In this document: piece by piece, positions 1-14,090 of the stretch
Numbering within the stretch: the stretch's first letter is position 1
How the letters are laid out: each line of letters opens with the position of its first letter
DNA from: Eledone cirrhosa
Taxonomy: Eukaryota
DNA length: 64,000 bases
Assembly: GCA_964016885.1 (NCBI GenBank)
Contig: OZ024763.1
Coordinates: 8,184,001 to 8,248,000, forward strand
Direction: 5' to 3'
Position numbers and translations under genes: made by a program
The notes under the pieces: model-generated
Seen by the model: only the letters and a program-made list of their open reading frames with translations
The model's database searches: none
Told to the model about the DNA's origin: nothing

Positions 1-1080
1 TATATATATATATATATAGGTGTGTAATGAGGGAGAGGGTCGTTATATGTCCCTATAATTAATTATATATACATATATACATACATATGTATATATATAT
101 ATATGTACAGGGTGTGTAATGAAGGGTGTCTAATTTCAGCAGCAACTCCATCACAGCAGCAGCTTACTTCTGGTGTATTGTAGTGGTTAGGGTTGTATGG
201 TGGTGGTGGTGGTGGTGGTGGTGGGGGGGGGGGGGGAGATAAAGAAAGAAAGAAAGAAAGGAAGGAAAGAAATAAAGAAGATAGAAGGGAATAAAAAGAA
301 AGAGAAAGGAAAAAGGGAGGAAGGGGAGATAAAGAAAGGAAAGAAGAGAGAAAAAAGGAAGTAAGTAAGTAAGAAAGAAAGGGAGGGACAGAGAAATAAA
401 GAAAGATATATATATAGAGAGGGAAGAGTGGGAGTAGAAAGTAACAGAGAGTAGGAGAGAGGTGTTTGAGAGAGAGAGGGAGAAAGAAAGAGAGAAATGG
501 AGAGGGAGAGAGAGGGGGGAAGAGATAGCTGATAAAGGTGGGAGAGAGAGGAGGGATAGTATGAGAGAAAAGATAGAGAAGGAAGAGAGAGGAGAGAGAA
601 AGAGAGGGAGAGACAGGGGGAGGGAAAGTGGATTAAGACCAACAAAATGCCCTAAGACCCCCTTCCTAGCCCTCATCTCACCAGTTCAACAATGACACCC
701 ATCTTCACATCTGCCATTGTCTGACAAGATGTTAAGACCCCTAACAAGCAGTGGGGGTGAAATAATAGATTTAAAATACAGTTTTCTTCCAGGTCAGACC
801 TCTCAGATATCTATCTATCTATTACCTATCTATCTATATATATAGGAAAAGAGTCAGGAACCCGATGGCTGAGCTCCAGCCGTTTCGACAAGTATCAAGT
901 ACTCTGGTGTGTTATGGTCCACTTGGTTCCTTACCACACTTCCTTTGTTATCTATCTATATATTCAGTAGAGATTGTTTTGGTAAAAACAGGAGTAAGCA
1001 GGAGAAAGCTCTCTCCACTTGTAGTTTGTAGTTACAATGGAGATTCAGTATAAGAATAACATTAAGAAAGATGCTGATGT

Positions 1081-1645
1081 TACCTGGAGAGACTCACTGA
1101 TCTCTGAGCTACAAATCTGTCCAGAGATTCTTTCCTGAGACATTCTAACCACATGTCCATAGTACCAGAACTGTGATTTCTCAATTCAGAGAAGTAGCAG
1201 CTCTACCTGGAGTGACTCACTGATCTCTGAGCTACAAATCTGTCCAGAGATTCTTTCCTGAGACATTCTAACCACATGTCCATAGTACCAGAACTGTGAT
1301 TTCTCAATTCAGAGAAGTAGCAGCTCTACCTGGAGTGACTCCCTGATCTCTGAGCTACAAATCTGTCCAGTGATTCTTTCCTGAGACATTTTAACCACAT
1401 GTCCATAGTATCAGAACTGTGATTTCTCAATTCAGAGAAGTAGCAGCTCTACCTGGAGTGACTCCCTGATCTCTGAGCTACAAATCTGTCCAGAGATTCT
1501 TTCCTGAGACATTCTAACCACATGTCCATAGTACCAGAACTGTGATCTCTCAATTCAGAGAAGTAGCAGCTCTACCTGGAGTGACTCTCTGATCTCTGAG
1601 CTACAAATCTGTCCAGTGATTCTTTCCTGAGACATTTTAACCACC
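1081..1645. repeat. 123-bp minisatellite x~4.6, RTE-derived
   Basis: tacctggag recurs at 1081, 1204, 1327, 1450 and 1573; the minus strand of the unit reads IEKSQFWYYGHVVRMSQERISGQI. Confidence 0.9.
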
Positions 1646-3220
1646 TGGCAGTGTGATGGAGGCAGGTGGCTGTGGAGGGCGACATCATCAGCGGTGTGGT
1701 GGAGGCAGGTTTTGGTGGGAGACTCAACATAAAAAGGAATCGGTCAGTCGAAGTCTGGTGTTCAATTATATATATTTTAAGCCAGGAAGAGTCTATTATT
1801 TGGAACCTATTCTTTCTTCACCCCTCTTTCACCAAATTAAACTCGTCTGTGACATATTTATATGATTATCAGTCAGACCTAATTTAACTATCTTAATGTC
1901 ACCTTTACTCTTTCTCCCTTTTTATCTCTCTCTCACTTTTTATCTCTCTCTCTCTCTTTTTCCCTATCTCTCTCTCTCTCTGTTTCTCTCTTTACTTGTC
2001 TCTCTATCCATTTACCTCCTTCTCTTTTTATCTCTCTCTCTCTTTATCTATCCCCTCTCTCTCTTTATCTATCCTCCTCTCTCTCTTTTAATATCATTTT
2101 TCTCTAATTCCTATATTATCTATCTCTCTCTCTCTCTCTGTTACTTTCATTCGTTTTCTTTTCTTTCTTCTCTTCATACTCTATATTTCTCTATCTCTCT
2201 TTCTGTCAGTTTACCTCCCCTTCCCTTCCCATTATATTCTTAGTCTTTCTCTCTCTCACAGCTTCTCCCCCTCAGTCTTTGAGTTACTATACTCCCCCTC
2301 CTCCTACTACTACTGCTACTCCAATGACATATCTACGACGTTGTGTCACACTAACTTCCGCTTTCCACACTTTCTCTCCTCCTCCTATCCCAGTTATATC
2401 TCTGTCTCTCTCTCTCTCTCTTTCTCTATATCCCCCCATTTCTCATTCCTCCTACTATCACAAATTTACCCCCTCTCTCTTTTCTCTTACTATTTTTAAA
2501 ATCTCTCACTTTCTTGCTCTCTCTCTCTCACTCGCCTTATCTCTCCTCCCCCTTCAGTGCTTAAATCACTCCCACAAATGCCATTGTCACAATAACCACA
2601 CTACTACCACCACCACCACTACTACAACACCCTTTCCCTCTCTCTTCCTATCTAGTAGTATCAGCATTACTCTTACTACTACCACCACTACACCACCACA
2701 ATAGTGGTAGTAGTAGTAGTGGTACTACCACCACCACAGTAGTAATGGTAGTGGTACTACTACTGCTGTTACTGATACCACCACCACAGTAATAGTAGTA
2801 GTGGTAGTAGTAGTAGTAGCAGTATCACCACCACAGTAGTAGTAGTAGTAGTAGTACCACCACTACAGTAGTATCAGTATCAGTAGTAGTAGTAGTAGTT
2901 GTAGTACCACCACAGTAGTAGTGTCAGTAGTAGTAGTACCACCACCACAGTAGTAGCAGTAGTAGTAGTTGTAGTACCACCACAGTAGTAGTGTCAGTAG
3001 TAGTAGTACCACCACCACAGTAGTATCAGTAGCAGTAGTAGTAGTACCACCACAGTAGTGTCAGTATCAACGGCGTTGGACGTCTAACAGTCAAGTCAGA
3101 CAGGAGTTATCAGTCCTGGTCTGTAGAAACCGACATCTCTGTCACACTACACACATATATATATATATTAAAATATATATATATATATATACACCTATAT
3201 AGAATATATACACCAACACC

Positions 3221-3265
3221 ATGCCTATTATATTGTATTCAACATCCGTATCGGGGTGTAGAGAG
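3221..3265 (+). CDS. SH3BGRL3: SH3BGRL3-like (SH3BGR/glutaredoxin-fold) protein, coding exon 1 (MPIILYSTSVSGCRE)
   Basis: ACCATG start and a GAG|gtaaaa phase-0 donor. The peptide matches the SH3BGRL3 N-terminus (human MSGLRVYSTSVTGSRE, recalled). Too short for the ORF track. Confidence 0.88.
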
Positions 3266-4294
3266 GTAAAATATGCGTTTATTTATTTATATATTTGGGG
3301 TTCTGATGAGATGTGAGATTTGTGTGATGTGCGTGAAATGTGATTTGCGTGAAATGTGATTTGTGTGAAATGTGATTTGTGTTATGAATGAAATTGAAAA
3401 TATACATCCTAGCATCCATCCATATATACATACATGCATACATATATATTGAGATGTATATATATATATTTATACATACATCTTTCTCTCCCTCCCCTCT
3501 CTCTCTTTCTCTCTCTATATATATATACCCACACACACACACACACGTGTGTGTGCGGGTATATAATTGATCTACGGGAATTGAAATATATATCCTTCCA
3601 TCCATCCATATATACATCTATTCTCACATAAATTCATACATATATACATACGTATGTATATATATATACACATCTCTCTCTCTCACTCTTTCTGTGTATA
3701 TATATATGTAATATATATATATATATATATATATACATACACAGAGAGAGAGAGAGAGATGTGTATATATGTATGAATTTGTGTTACACACAGAGATAGA
3801 GAGAGATAATAATTTTGCTTATCGCCGTATATTGAGTACTCACATGATTTAGTGATTTCACCGGTCACAACACCCCTCTTTCTCTTTGTGTGTGTATATA
3901 TATAGATATATATATAGATATGTGTGTATAAATGTCTCAAATCGTTGATACTTTCGATAAATTCTTTAAATATTTAATCATAGTTACGACTATATAGTAT
4001 CTGGGGACATTTTTACCCTAACCCTGTCACATTATCCTAACCCTAACCTCTTCTCTTTTACCATTAAATGGTTTATTTACATATTTAATATAATATATAT
4101 AACATGTTTCAACACACGATTTCACATTAAATAAACCTTGCAAAACAAATATTTAATATAATTACATTTATATTTTCCTATTTCACATTCCATCCTTTCT
4201 TCTCAAGTTAAATTTTTTCCTATTAAACTATTTATTTATTATATATTTTCTGGCAATATTACATCATGACCCTCCCCAAATATAACAATATGTA

Positions 4295-4327
<33 letters not shown>

Positions 4328-4331
<4 letters not shown>

Positions 4332-4519
4332 CCCGGGTTCAATCGGAGGTAACCACAGTAAGGTACTCAATACAAAGCAGAGTATAAATATTTAATATAG
4401 AAATGGCTTCTACAGGACTAGAACTGTTTCATTCGGGAGAAATCATCAGGGAGCTTCCCGATGATTCCTCCCGAATGAAACAGTTCTAGTCCTGTAGAAG
4501 CCATTTCTATATTAAATAT
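4328..4519 (-). mobile_element. Fold-back element family 1 (Penelope-like element end) between (TA)n tracts
   Basis: Near-perfect ~65-bp inverted arms centred on AGCT (4452-4455), plus a ~60-nt unpaired tail containing GTACTCAATA; (TA)n on both sides. Confidence 0.65.
4453..4501 (+). ncRNA. Type I hammerhead ribozyme-like fold (mirror copy on - strand at ~4406-4454)
   Basis: Stem I GCUUC/GAAGC; core CCGAUGA (CUGAUGA on the mirror arm); stem II; GAAA; stem III ACAG/CUGU; GUA cleavage triplet at 4494-4496. Confidence 0.65.
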
Positions 4520-4610
4520 ATATATATATATATATAAATCAGGAAAGAAGAGTGACACGGTTTGCTATACAAAAAAGGTTTTTAATGTTAATGCTAAAGG
4601 AAAAAAAGAG

Positions 4611-4673
4611 AAAAACAGACCCAAATATATTTTCCATGTTATTTCCAATTTCACCTCTTCTCCATAACCACTG

Positions 4674-4731
<58 letters not shown>

Positions 4732-4817
4732 CCCTTCTGCTATATTAGAAAACAGTGGTTATGGAGAAGAGGTGAAATTGGAAATAACATGGAAAATATA
4801 TTTAAGGGTCTGTTTTT
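4611..4817. repeat. ~75-bp inverted repeat around a (TA)n tract
   Basis: 4611-4685 is the reverse complement of 4741-4817. Confidence 0.85.
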
Positions 4818-5928
4818 CCTTTCTTTGATTTGTCAAAGTGGCATTATTGAAAAAATGAGAGGGACAATTCTTTAAAAAAAAAAGAGTTTTATAAAGTATA
4901 TAAAATATTACCGGTTTCGATGTATTATTAAAATTCATTTGATCAAATGTTGAGAATTACAATTCAAAAGAATTAATAAGAATTAAAAGTTAAAAATTAA
5001 AGATTTAAAATTAAGTGTTGAGGTTAGTTTTTTTTCATCTTCCTTGTTGAGAAGGAGACTGTATAATATTTTACTGTCTGTTAGTTAAAAGAAGAAACAA
5101 ACAAGCCATTTATGTTCCCCACTGTTTTCAAATATCTCTCTTTTAGGTCTTCTAACAATAACAAGCCTTTGCCTTTTAATGTCCCTTCCCTGTGTGGAAT
5201 GGGATAAAGGATTGATATTATAAAGTGGTCCCTTAGAACTGGGGTGGTAGTTATTTCTGATATTATTTATTCAACCATATACTCTCTTTTATCCCTTTTC
5301 TCCTTTCATTCCTTCTGTACTTTCATAAGATTTATGTCACCCTGTTTTAGAGATAAAGATCATTATCACCATCATCATCATCATAGTCATCCTATCATCA
5401 TCATCATCATAGTCATCATAACTACCATCATCATCATCTCCATCATCATTGGTCCCGGAGAAGCCAATTTCTATATTAAACATTATATATATAATGTTTA
5501 ATATAGAAATATATATATATATATATAATCAGTTGACTATTTGTTAGACATTTATCAACATTCAGCCAAATATATAGAACAGACCACTGGTCATTTAAAT
5601 ACATACATTATATCTGGTGAGACACTTTACCACAAACATGTCTGGTATGCAGGTCATTAGCTGGTTAAATCGATTGACAAACAGCCTTATTCTTATATCA
5701 TGTGGTTTACAGAACCGGTAGAACGACGAACGATGATATTTATTTAAAAAAATAATAATATATAATTTTCTGCTTTTTGGCACAAGGCCAGCATTTAACC
5801 CTAGTGTATTACTGGTACTTTATTTTATCGACCCTGTAAGGATGAAAGGCAAAGCTAACCTCGGTAGGATTTGAACTCACTGCCTATCTGGGAGGCATCG
5901 ATACCAAGTGATGTTCGATACCCAGAAG

Positions 5929-6780
5929 CGGGTCATCTCTACCTTAGTAGGAATCTAATTACCCATACAGGGTACCAACTGACTATACTTGAGATATATA
6001 TGGTGTATAGTTAGATTGTATATAGTTTATATAGACTGTTACCTGTGTATATAGTGGTGTATATATATAGACTGTTACCTGTGTATATAGCGATGTGTAT
6101 ATATATATATATATATATATAGACTGTTACCTGTGTATATAAACTGTTACCCGTGTATATAGTGATGTATATATATATATAGAGAGAGAGACTGTTACCT
6201 GTGTATATAGTGATGTGTATATATATATATAGACTGTTACCTGTGTATATAAACTGTTACCCGTGTATATAGTGATGTATATATATATATGTATAGACTG
6301 TTACCTGTGTATATAGTGATGTGTATATGTGTATCATGGGTCATCTCTACCTTAGTATGAATCTAATTACCCATACGGTACCAAATGACTATACTTAAGA
6401 TAGTTTTTGTTTGTTTGTGCTGAGTTCGATCTAATCCAGCTCAGATCGAATTTAGCCACTTTCCATTGCATTTCAGCTCCTTTTTATGTATTGCAATCAA
6501 CTAGGGTACCCAATTAAAATAATTAAGGTTTAGTGTGACCCTTAACATTGCATTTCGCCCCTTTTTATGTATTGAGATCTAACTATAAGGTACCAAATTA
6601 AAATAGAGGTTGCTATTCCATTGCATTTTTTACTCCTTTTTTTATGTATTGAGTTCAACTAGGGTACCCAATTAAAATAGAGGTTGATAGTGACCCTTAG
6701 CATTGCATTTCACCCTTTTTTCATGTATTGACATCCAACTATAAAGTACCCAATTAAAATAATTGAGGTTTGTGACCCTA
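5929..6780. repeat. Compound repeat: 65-bp direct repeats (5929, 6338) enclosing a gactgttacctgtgtatata array, then ~80-bp x4
   Basis: Visible periodicity. Confidence 0.75.
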
Positions 6781-9077
6781 GGAGGTCTCCTCATCTTTAG
6801 GGAATTTGTTTGTTTTAAATGTTTATTTTCTTAGTCTCTGTTTTATTTTACACACAAAAACCCCCCTAAAATTGTATCGTCCTGTACCGTCTTTAATGTT
6901 TCCTTAATGTGAACCCTGTGAGGCTAATAACTGAAACCATAACCCCACCCCCTCACCACTGTCCCTGTCTTTGTATTGTCCCCTATATGTCGGCCCTTGT
7001 GGCCAATAATGAAACCATTATATTAGAAGTAGGATTGGCTAATGTCCATCTCTCCTCTTCCGCCAGTAATTTCTGGCCTTTCGCCATTCTTATTAAACTG
7101 TTTGTGGCAGAGAATGGCGTGAAGCGTTGGATGGACAAACACAATACCTTGCGGTGTTTCTTTCTGATTTTAGCGTCGTGTCCCTCCACATGGAATCTAG
7201 TCTAGTATATAACTTTGCCTTTGTTTTTATCGAACTTTCTGGAAGGAGGGTGGTTGTGTGTGTGTGTGTGGGGGGGGGGTCGATTTAATCGATAAAAATA
7301 AAGCATCAGTGGTCAAGCTAATCGATTAATCACCCCCTCACCACCACACACACACACCGCTACACACCACACACACAATACCACATGCGCACACACACAC
7401 ACACCACACTACATACACACCACTACACACGCACCACACACACAACACCATATATATATATAGCTCCATACACACATAAATACATACACATGTTACCGTC
7501 TTGATAAAGCTGAGAGCACATGAGATAATATTATTTGTCTAAACACTCCCCTTTCAAAACAAAGATGGATAGAACGATTAAAATACCGGATTTAAATTAC
7601 TTTTGGTGTATTAAAATAAGGTTACACACGTTGAGAGTTTAAACCTTGATATTAACAATAGTAATTGTGTTGGTGGTGGAGTTTGTATTAGTATTTCATC
7701 CTTTAACTAACGAGAAGCAATGAAGGATTGGTGCAGCCGATTAAAGTGACCTCTCCTTAGCAAATTCCTGGCTTGGTGCCATTCTCTAAGTTAGAAATCG
7801 TCATAATAATATATATGCTTTCTAATTTAGGCACAAGGCCAACCATTTTGGGGCTGGAGGGGAAAGGGAAAATCGATTAAACAACCCCAGTGCATCACTG
7901 GTAGTTCATTTTAGCGACCCTGTAATAATGGTTTCTAATTTAGGCACAAGGCCAGCGATTTTGGGAGAATGGAAAGTTGATTAAATCGACCCATTGCGTT
8001 ACTGGTACTTTATTTTATGGACCCTGTAATAATGGTTTCTGATGGGGCCCTGTGCTTAAGTACACCTAAGCACAATGGTAAACCAGGCGCTGGAGATGGT
8101 CATAACTGGAATGATTTGATAATTTGATGAATGTCTGCTCGATCAAAGCTGGCCTAGGGCTAAACCACACAACCATTATTAGACGTAGTACTATTAGTAG
8201 TAGTAATAGTATAGTAGTTGTTGTAGTAGTAGTAGTAATTTAATATTTAACGTAGTAAATGTCTCAGTAAGAGAGTTGCTAATTAAGATATCTTTAATAA
8301 TTATAGATATTAATTCTGTGGTACAACATTATGATTAATTAATTAGGTTAATTATTGGAAATTGGTAATTATTAGAAATATATTTATATATATATATATT
8401 TATTTGGATTTTAGTCTTCAAATTTATTATTATTACTATATATATATATATATTTATATATAGAGGTGTCCCAAAAATATGTATAACATTCTAATCAAAG
8501 TGTGTATACATTTTTGGGGGACACTGTATATATATGTGTGTGTATATATATATGTATGTATACACATAAATGTATGTATATATGCACATAGTATTAGCAA
8601 TTGGAAAGACCAATGGAAACATTTTTTCCTCGGTCCGATTTGACGAAAGTCAATCGACTGTCATGTATGTATATATGCATACATATGTATGTATATATAC
8701 ATATGTATATATATACATATGTATATATATACATATGTATATATATACATATGTATATATATATATATACATATGTATATATATACATATGTATATATAT
8801 ATATACATATGTATATATATATATACATATGTATATATATACATATGTATATACATACATATGTATGGATATATGCACACGTACATACATACATACACAC
8901 ACACACATATATATGTGTTATTCCGTCATCAGTTTTTTTAAAATTCTGTCGTGTTATGAAAGACAAAGGTTTGTTCATCTTTTAGAGACTGACTCACTGC
9001 ACCAAACACACCACCCCCTTTCTTCCTCTTGTTTATCTGATGTTGGCTGTATATGTGTGTATTTACAGCTGATATAT

Positions 9078-9109
<32 letters not shown>

Positions 9110-9149
9110 CAGCTGGAAAGAAATACACACGCAAATACACATCACCGCA

Positions 9150-9198
<49 letters not shown>

Positions 9199-9232
9199 TA
9201 TAATGAAACGCCTATGTATGTATGTCCAGCTG

Positions 9233-9263
<31 letters not shown>

Positions 9264-9450
9264 GTTAAAATATGTGAGCGTCCAGCAAAGCTGAGTGTGT
9301 GTATATAAATATAATCTCTCGATATATAATGTATATATAAACACACATGATATATACAAAGCATATAAATAAATTTACAGTAGAATAACATAAATATTTA
9401 TATGTATATATATACATCTGAAATATACATTTTTATCCAGCTGAGTATGA

Positions 9451-9488
<38 letters not shown>

Positions 9489-9695
9489 CGGAGTTGTGGT
9501 AAGGAACCAGATGGACCATAACGCACCAGAGTACTCAATACTTAGAGTAGTTAGTGGGTAATAGGAGAAAGTATGACCCCGACGGCAGAGCTCAAGCCGT
9601 TTCGACGGCTATTTTAGTGCAGAAATAGCTATCGAAACGGCTTGAGCTCTGCTGTCGAGGTCATACTTTCTCATATATATATATATACACACACA

Positions 9696-9985
9696 CACCC
9701 TGATATTCTTTACATATATATACACCCTGATATTCTTTACATATATATACACCCTGATATTCTTTACATATATATACACCCTGATATTCTTTACATATAT
9801 ATACACCCTGATATTCTTTACATATATATACACCCTGATATTCTTTACATATATATATACACCCTAAAATCCCTTACATATATATACACCCTAAAATCCC
9901 TTACATATATATACACCCTAATATCCCTTACATATATATACACCCTAATATCCCTTACATATATACACAATCTACACCCTAATGT
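9696..9985. repeat. 27-bp minisatellite x~10
   Basis: caccctgatattctttacatatatata units. Confidence 0.9.
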
Positions 9986-12279
9986 TCCCTACACACAGAG
10001 TAGCTGTAGTGTAGATAGCCATCATCACCATAGCTACCATCATAAGATATCTACCACCACACTGACCTTATTAAAGATCTGGACAAACATCATGACAGGT
10101 GCTTCTTTGCAGGGTGGGGTTCATTACTAAGACCCCCACTGTCCCTGTCTTTGTATTGTCCTCAATATGTAGGCCCTAGTGGTCAATAAAGAAAATGGAC
10201 ATCCTGTAAATGTGGTTGGTGTAAGGAAGGGCATCGAGCCGTAGAAAACCTGCCAGATACAGTCCTGTACGAGTGAGACACGGTCCCCCGACCAATCTTG
10301 CCTCAAGTGGGACAAACCCGTCCAACCCATGTTAGCATGGAAGATGGATGATGATGATGATGATGATGATCTTGAGTTCAAATCCCACCGAGGTTAGCTT
10401 TGCCTAGAAATCATTATTATTATTTCAGGACACAAGGGCAGTGGATTGGCAGTACCGGTAGAGGGTCGCATGCCATGCTTTGCAGCATAGAGTTACGGCC
10501 CTTTATGATCTGAGTTCATATCTCGCCGAAATTCACTTTGCCTTTCATCCTCAAAGTACCAGTCACACACTGGGGTCGATTTAATTGACTTCCCCCTCGC
10601 CCCAAATTGCTGGCCTTGTGCCTATATAAGAAACCATTATTTCAGGACACAGTCACCTGACCCAACTTGGCTCAAACAGGACAACCCGTCAAACCCATGC
10701 TAGTGTGGAAAAATGGACGTTAAACAGTGATGATGATGAGTATATATATATACTCCATCTTATATTCAGACACAGTGTATCTAGGACTACAGCGCCTCAA
10801 ATAGGACAACCTGTCTAACCCATGCTAGCATGGAAAGTGGACATATGATGATGATGATATATTTACTGTTTCTGAAGGAGACGGCCGATTGAAGAGGGAT
10901 TTTGTGACTAGAAATAGGTAGCAACTTAACCACTGCCATGCTAGTCAATATATTGATCTCCACCAATCAATCAACCCCCTGAAACGATCACAAAACAATG
11001 AACTCTCCACCTATACCTGACTTCTGTTTTTAGTGTTCACACACATATATATATATCATCATTCATCATCATCATCATTTTATTTTACGTCCGCTTTTTC
11101 CCTGCTTGCAAGGGTAGGACGGGAACTGATGCTGGCTTGATTTCTACAACTGGATGCCCTTCCCAACACCAACCTCATTTTTACAGTGAGTGCTGGGTGC
11201 TTTTTGGCTGTGGCACCTGCACGACCACTTTACAGTGGAATGATAAGGACCTCAGTCCCTATCATCTCATTTCTACAGCTGAGTAAACTGGAGCAATGTG
11301 AAATAAAGTGTCTTGCTCAATGAAACAACACATCACCCGGTCTGAGAATTGAACTCACAAACTTTCGATTGCAAGGCCAATGCTCTAACCACTAAGCCAT
11401 GTGCCTCTCTCTCTCTCTCTCTCTCTCTAACAAAGGAAATGTGGTAAGGAACCAAATGCACCATAACGCACCAGAGTACTCAATACTTAGGGTAGTAGAG
11501 TGGGAAATAGGAAAAAGTATGACCCTGACGGCAGAGCTCAAACCGTTTTGACGGCTATTTCTGGACTCAGTCCAGAAATAGCCGTCGAAACGGCTTGAGC
11601 TCTGCCATCGGGGTCATACTTTTTCCAATATATATATATATCTATATATATTTGTGTAGGTATGCATGGAATGTATATCTGCCATTGTTAGTATGAATAG
11701 TGTATATTTTTGTGTGAGTGGTGTGTGTGTGTGTGTGTGGCATATGTTTGTATATGGACAGGTAGGCCCTAAATCAGCATAGTTGGTGTGGCTTTATCCT
11801 GGGTAGATATTAATGGATATTGCTGAAGTGTGTTTGTGTATGTACACATATATATATATATGTATGCATATATATATATATGTATATGTATGCATATATA
11901 TATATATGTATGCATATATATATATATGTATGCATATATATATATATGTATATATGTATATGTATGTATATGTATATATATGTATATGTATATAGGTATA
12001 TATATATATTATATATGTATATATACATATATATATGTATGTATATATAGGGTGTCCAAAAAAATGTATACACACTTCTACAGCATTCTAATAATTATTG
12101 CCTGTACAGGTAATCAAAGTGTGTATTTATATACCCTGTGTGTATACACACACACACATATATATATATATATAATATATATATATACACCCTGTGTGTA
12201 CGTGTGTGTTTTGAATGTTTCTCTACTTAGAAATATTTCTGCCAATAATCCCTAGTGGTGTTATTGATGATTACAAACA

Positions 12280-12900
12280 TATGGTGATAGTGATGATGGT
12301 GGTAATGATTGTGATGATGGTGATGGTAGTGATGGTTGTAGTAGTAGTGGTGATGGTGATGGTGGTGATAGTGATGGTTGTGTGATAGTGATGATTGTGG
12401 TGTTGATGGTGATGGTGGTAATCGTAGTGATGGTTGTAGTAGTAGTGGTGATGGTGATGGTGGTGATAGTGATGGTTGTGTGATAGTGATGATGGTGGTT
12501 GTGGTGTTGATGGTGATGGTAGCGGTGATGGTGGTAATCGTAGTGATGGTTGTAGTAGTAGTGGTGATGGTGATGGTGGTGATAGTGATGGTTGTGTGAT
12601 AGTGATGATGGTGGTTGTGGTGTTGATGGTGATGGTAGCGGTGATGGTGGTAATCGTAGTGATGGTTGTAGTAGTAGTGGTGATGGTGATGGTGGTGATA
12701 GTGATGGTTGTGTGATAGTGATGATGGTGGTTGTGGTTGTGGTGTTGATGGTGATGGTAGCGGTGATGGTGGTAATCGTAGTGATGGTTGTAGTAGTAGT
12801 GGTGATGGTGATGGTGGTGATAGTGATGGTTGTGTGATAGTGATGATGGTGGTTGTGGTAGTGGTGTTGATGGTGATGGTAGTGGTTGTAGGTGGTGATA
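12280..12900. repeat. GGT/GAT low-complexity array with ~116-bp higher period
   Basis: Recurrent gttgtgtgatagtgatga at ~116-bp spacing. Confidence 0.85.
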
Positions 12901-13069
12901 TTGAAAGCTGGGATTTGAACTCAGAACACAGAGACAAGCTACAAATAGCCTAAACTATTCTGTCGCAGCCCTTGCTAGAAAGGGGATTGGACATTGAATG
13001 TAAATATTGATTTCTAATTTAGGCACAAGGGCAGCAGATTTTTGGGAAAGGCAAAGTCAGAAGCAACCG

Positions 13070-13440
13070 TCTCTAACTGATATAGGTTGGATCTTCAAGC
13101 AAGACCAGCCAAACTCATGGATGTTATTCAACCATCTTGACCGGGGTGAGTCTATCCCTGGGTCTCATGCAAGTTAGTTTTGCCCCCCATAAAATCTGTC
13201 CAGCGATTCTTTCCTGGGACATTCTAACCATAATGGGCATGTGGTTAGAATGTCTCGGGTAAAACCAACCAGCAGTGGACCCAGAGCAAGATGGTTGGAT
13301 AACATCCATGAGCTTGGCTCATCTCACTTTAGGATCCAGCCAGATTAGTTGGAGATGGTTGTTTCTGACAGGACCCACTGGACGGTGTGTTTGAGGACTC
13401 TGTCCCATGATTCTCTCAGGAATAAGTGGGTGAAGAAGAA
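13070..13440 (-). mobile_element. Degenerate RTE-like LINE 3' fragment (related piece ~29060-29260)
   Basis: MVRMSQERIAGQILW...RPRDR peptide; a similar downstream segment recurs at 29.1-29.25 kb. Confidence 0.5.
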
Positions 13441-13719
13441 GGCAAATTTGTTTAAATCATCCCTAGTATTTGACTGGTATGTAATTTTATCTACCCTACC
13501 TGGAAGGATGAAAGATGAGACCTAGGCATGGTTTGAACTCAAGAGCCAGAACAAATATTGCAATGGCATTATTTCATCTGATGTTCTACTGATTCTGCCA
13601 AACAAACACCTCTTGAACAACATATCAATATTAGCTGTTTCTGGTAAATTTCTGACTAATTGACTTGGAATGTTGGTCAGTGTGTCTCTTAGTAATGGCA
13701 GTGTTTAAGTTGAGGACAA

Positions 13720-14090
13720 CAATACTAATTCTACCACCATCACCACTAAGTAATACTAGCTCTACCACTACCACCATCACCACTAAGTAATACTAGCTCT
13801 ACCACTACCACCATCACCACTAAGTAATACTAGCTCTACCACTACCACCATCACCACTAAGTAATACTAGCTCTACCACTACCACCATCACCACTAAGTA
13901 ATACTAGCTCTACCACTACCGCCATCACCACTAAGTAATACTAGCTCTACCACTACCACCATCACCACTAAGTAATACTAGCTCTACCACCACCAGTACC
14001 ACTAACTAATACTAGCTCTACCACCACCAGTACCACTAACTAATACTAACTCTACCACCAGTACCACTAACAGTAATACTAACTCTTACC
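13720..14090. repeat. 37-bp minisatellite x~9
   Basis: taatactagctctaccactaccaccatcaccactaag units. Confidence 0.9.

Noticed and set aside
3300-3345. CTGATGA...GAAA in the intron 1 TG-rich repeat
   Set aside because: Low-complexity tgtgaaatgtgatt repeat; no helices.
4015-4048. ccctaa telomere-like hexamers
   Set aside because: Only 2-3 interrupted copies; not enough for an interstitial telomere call.
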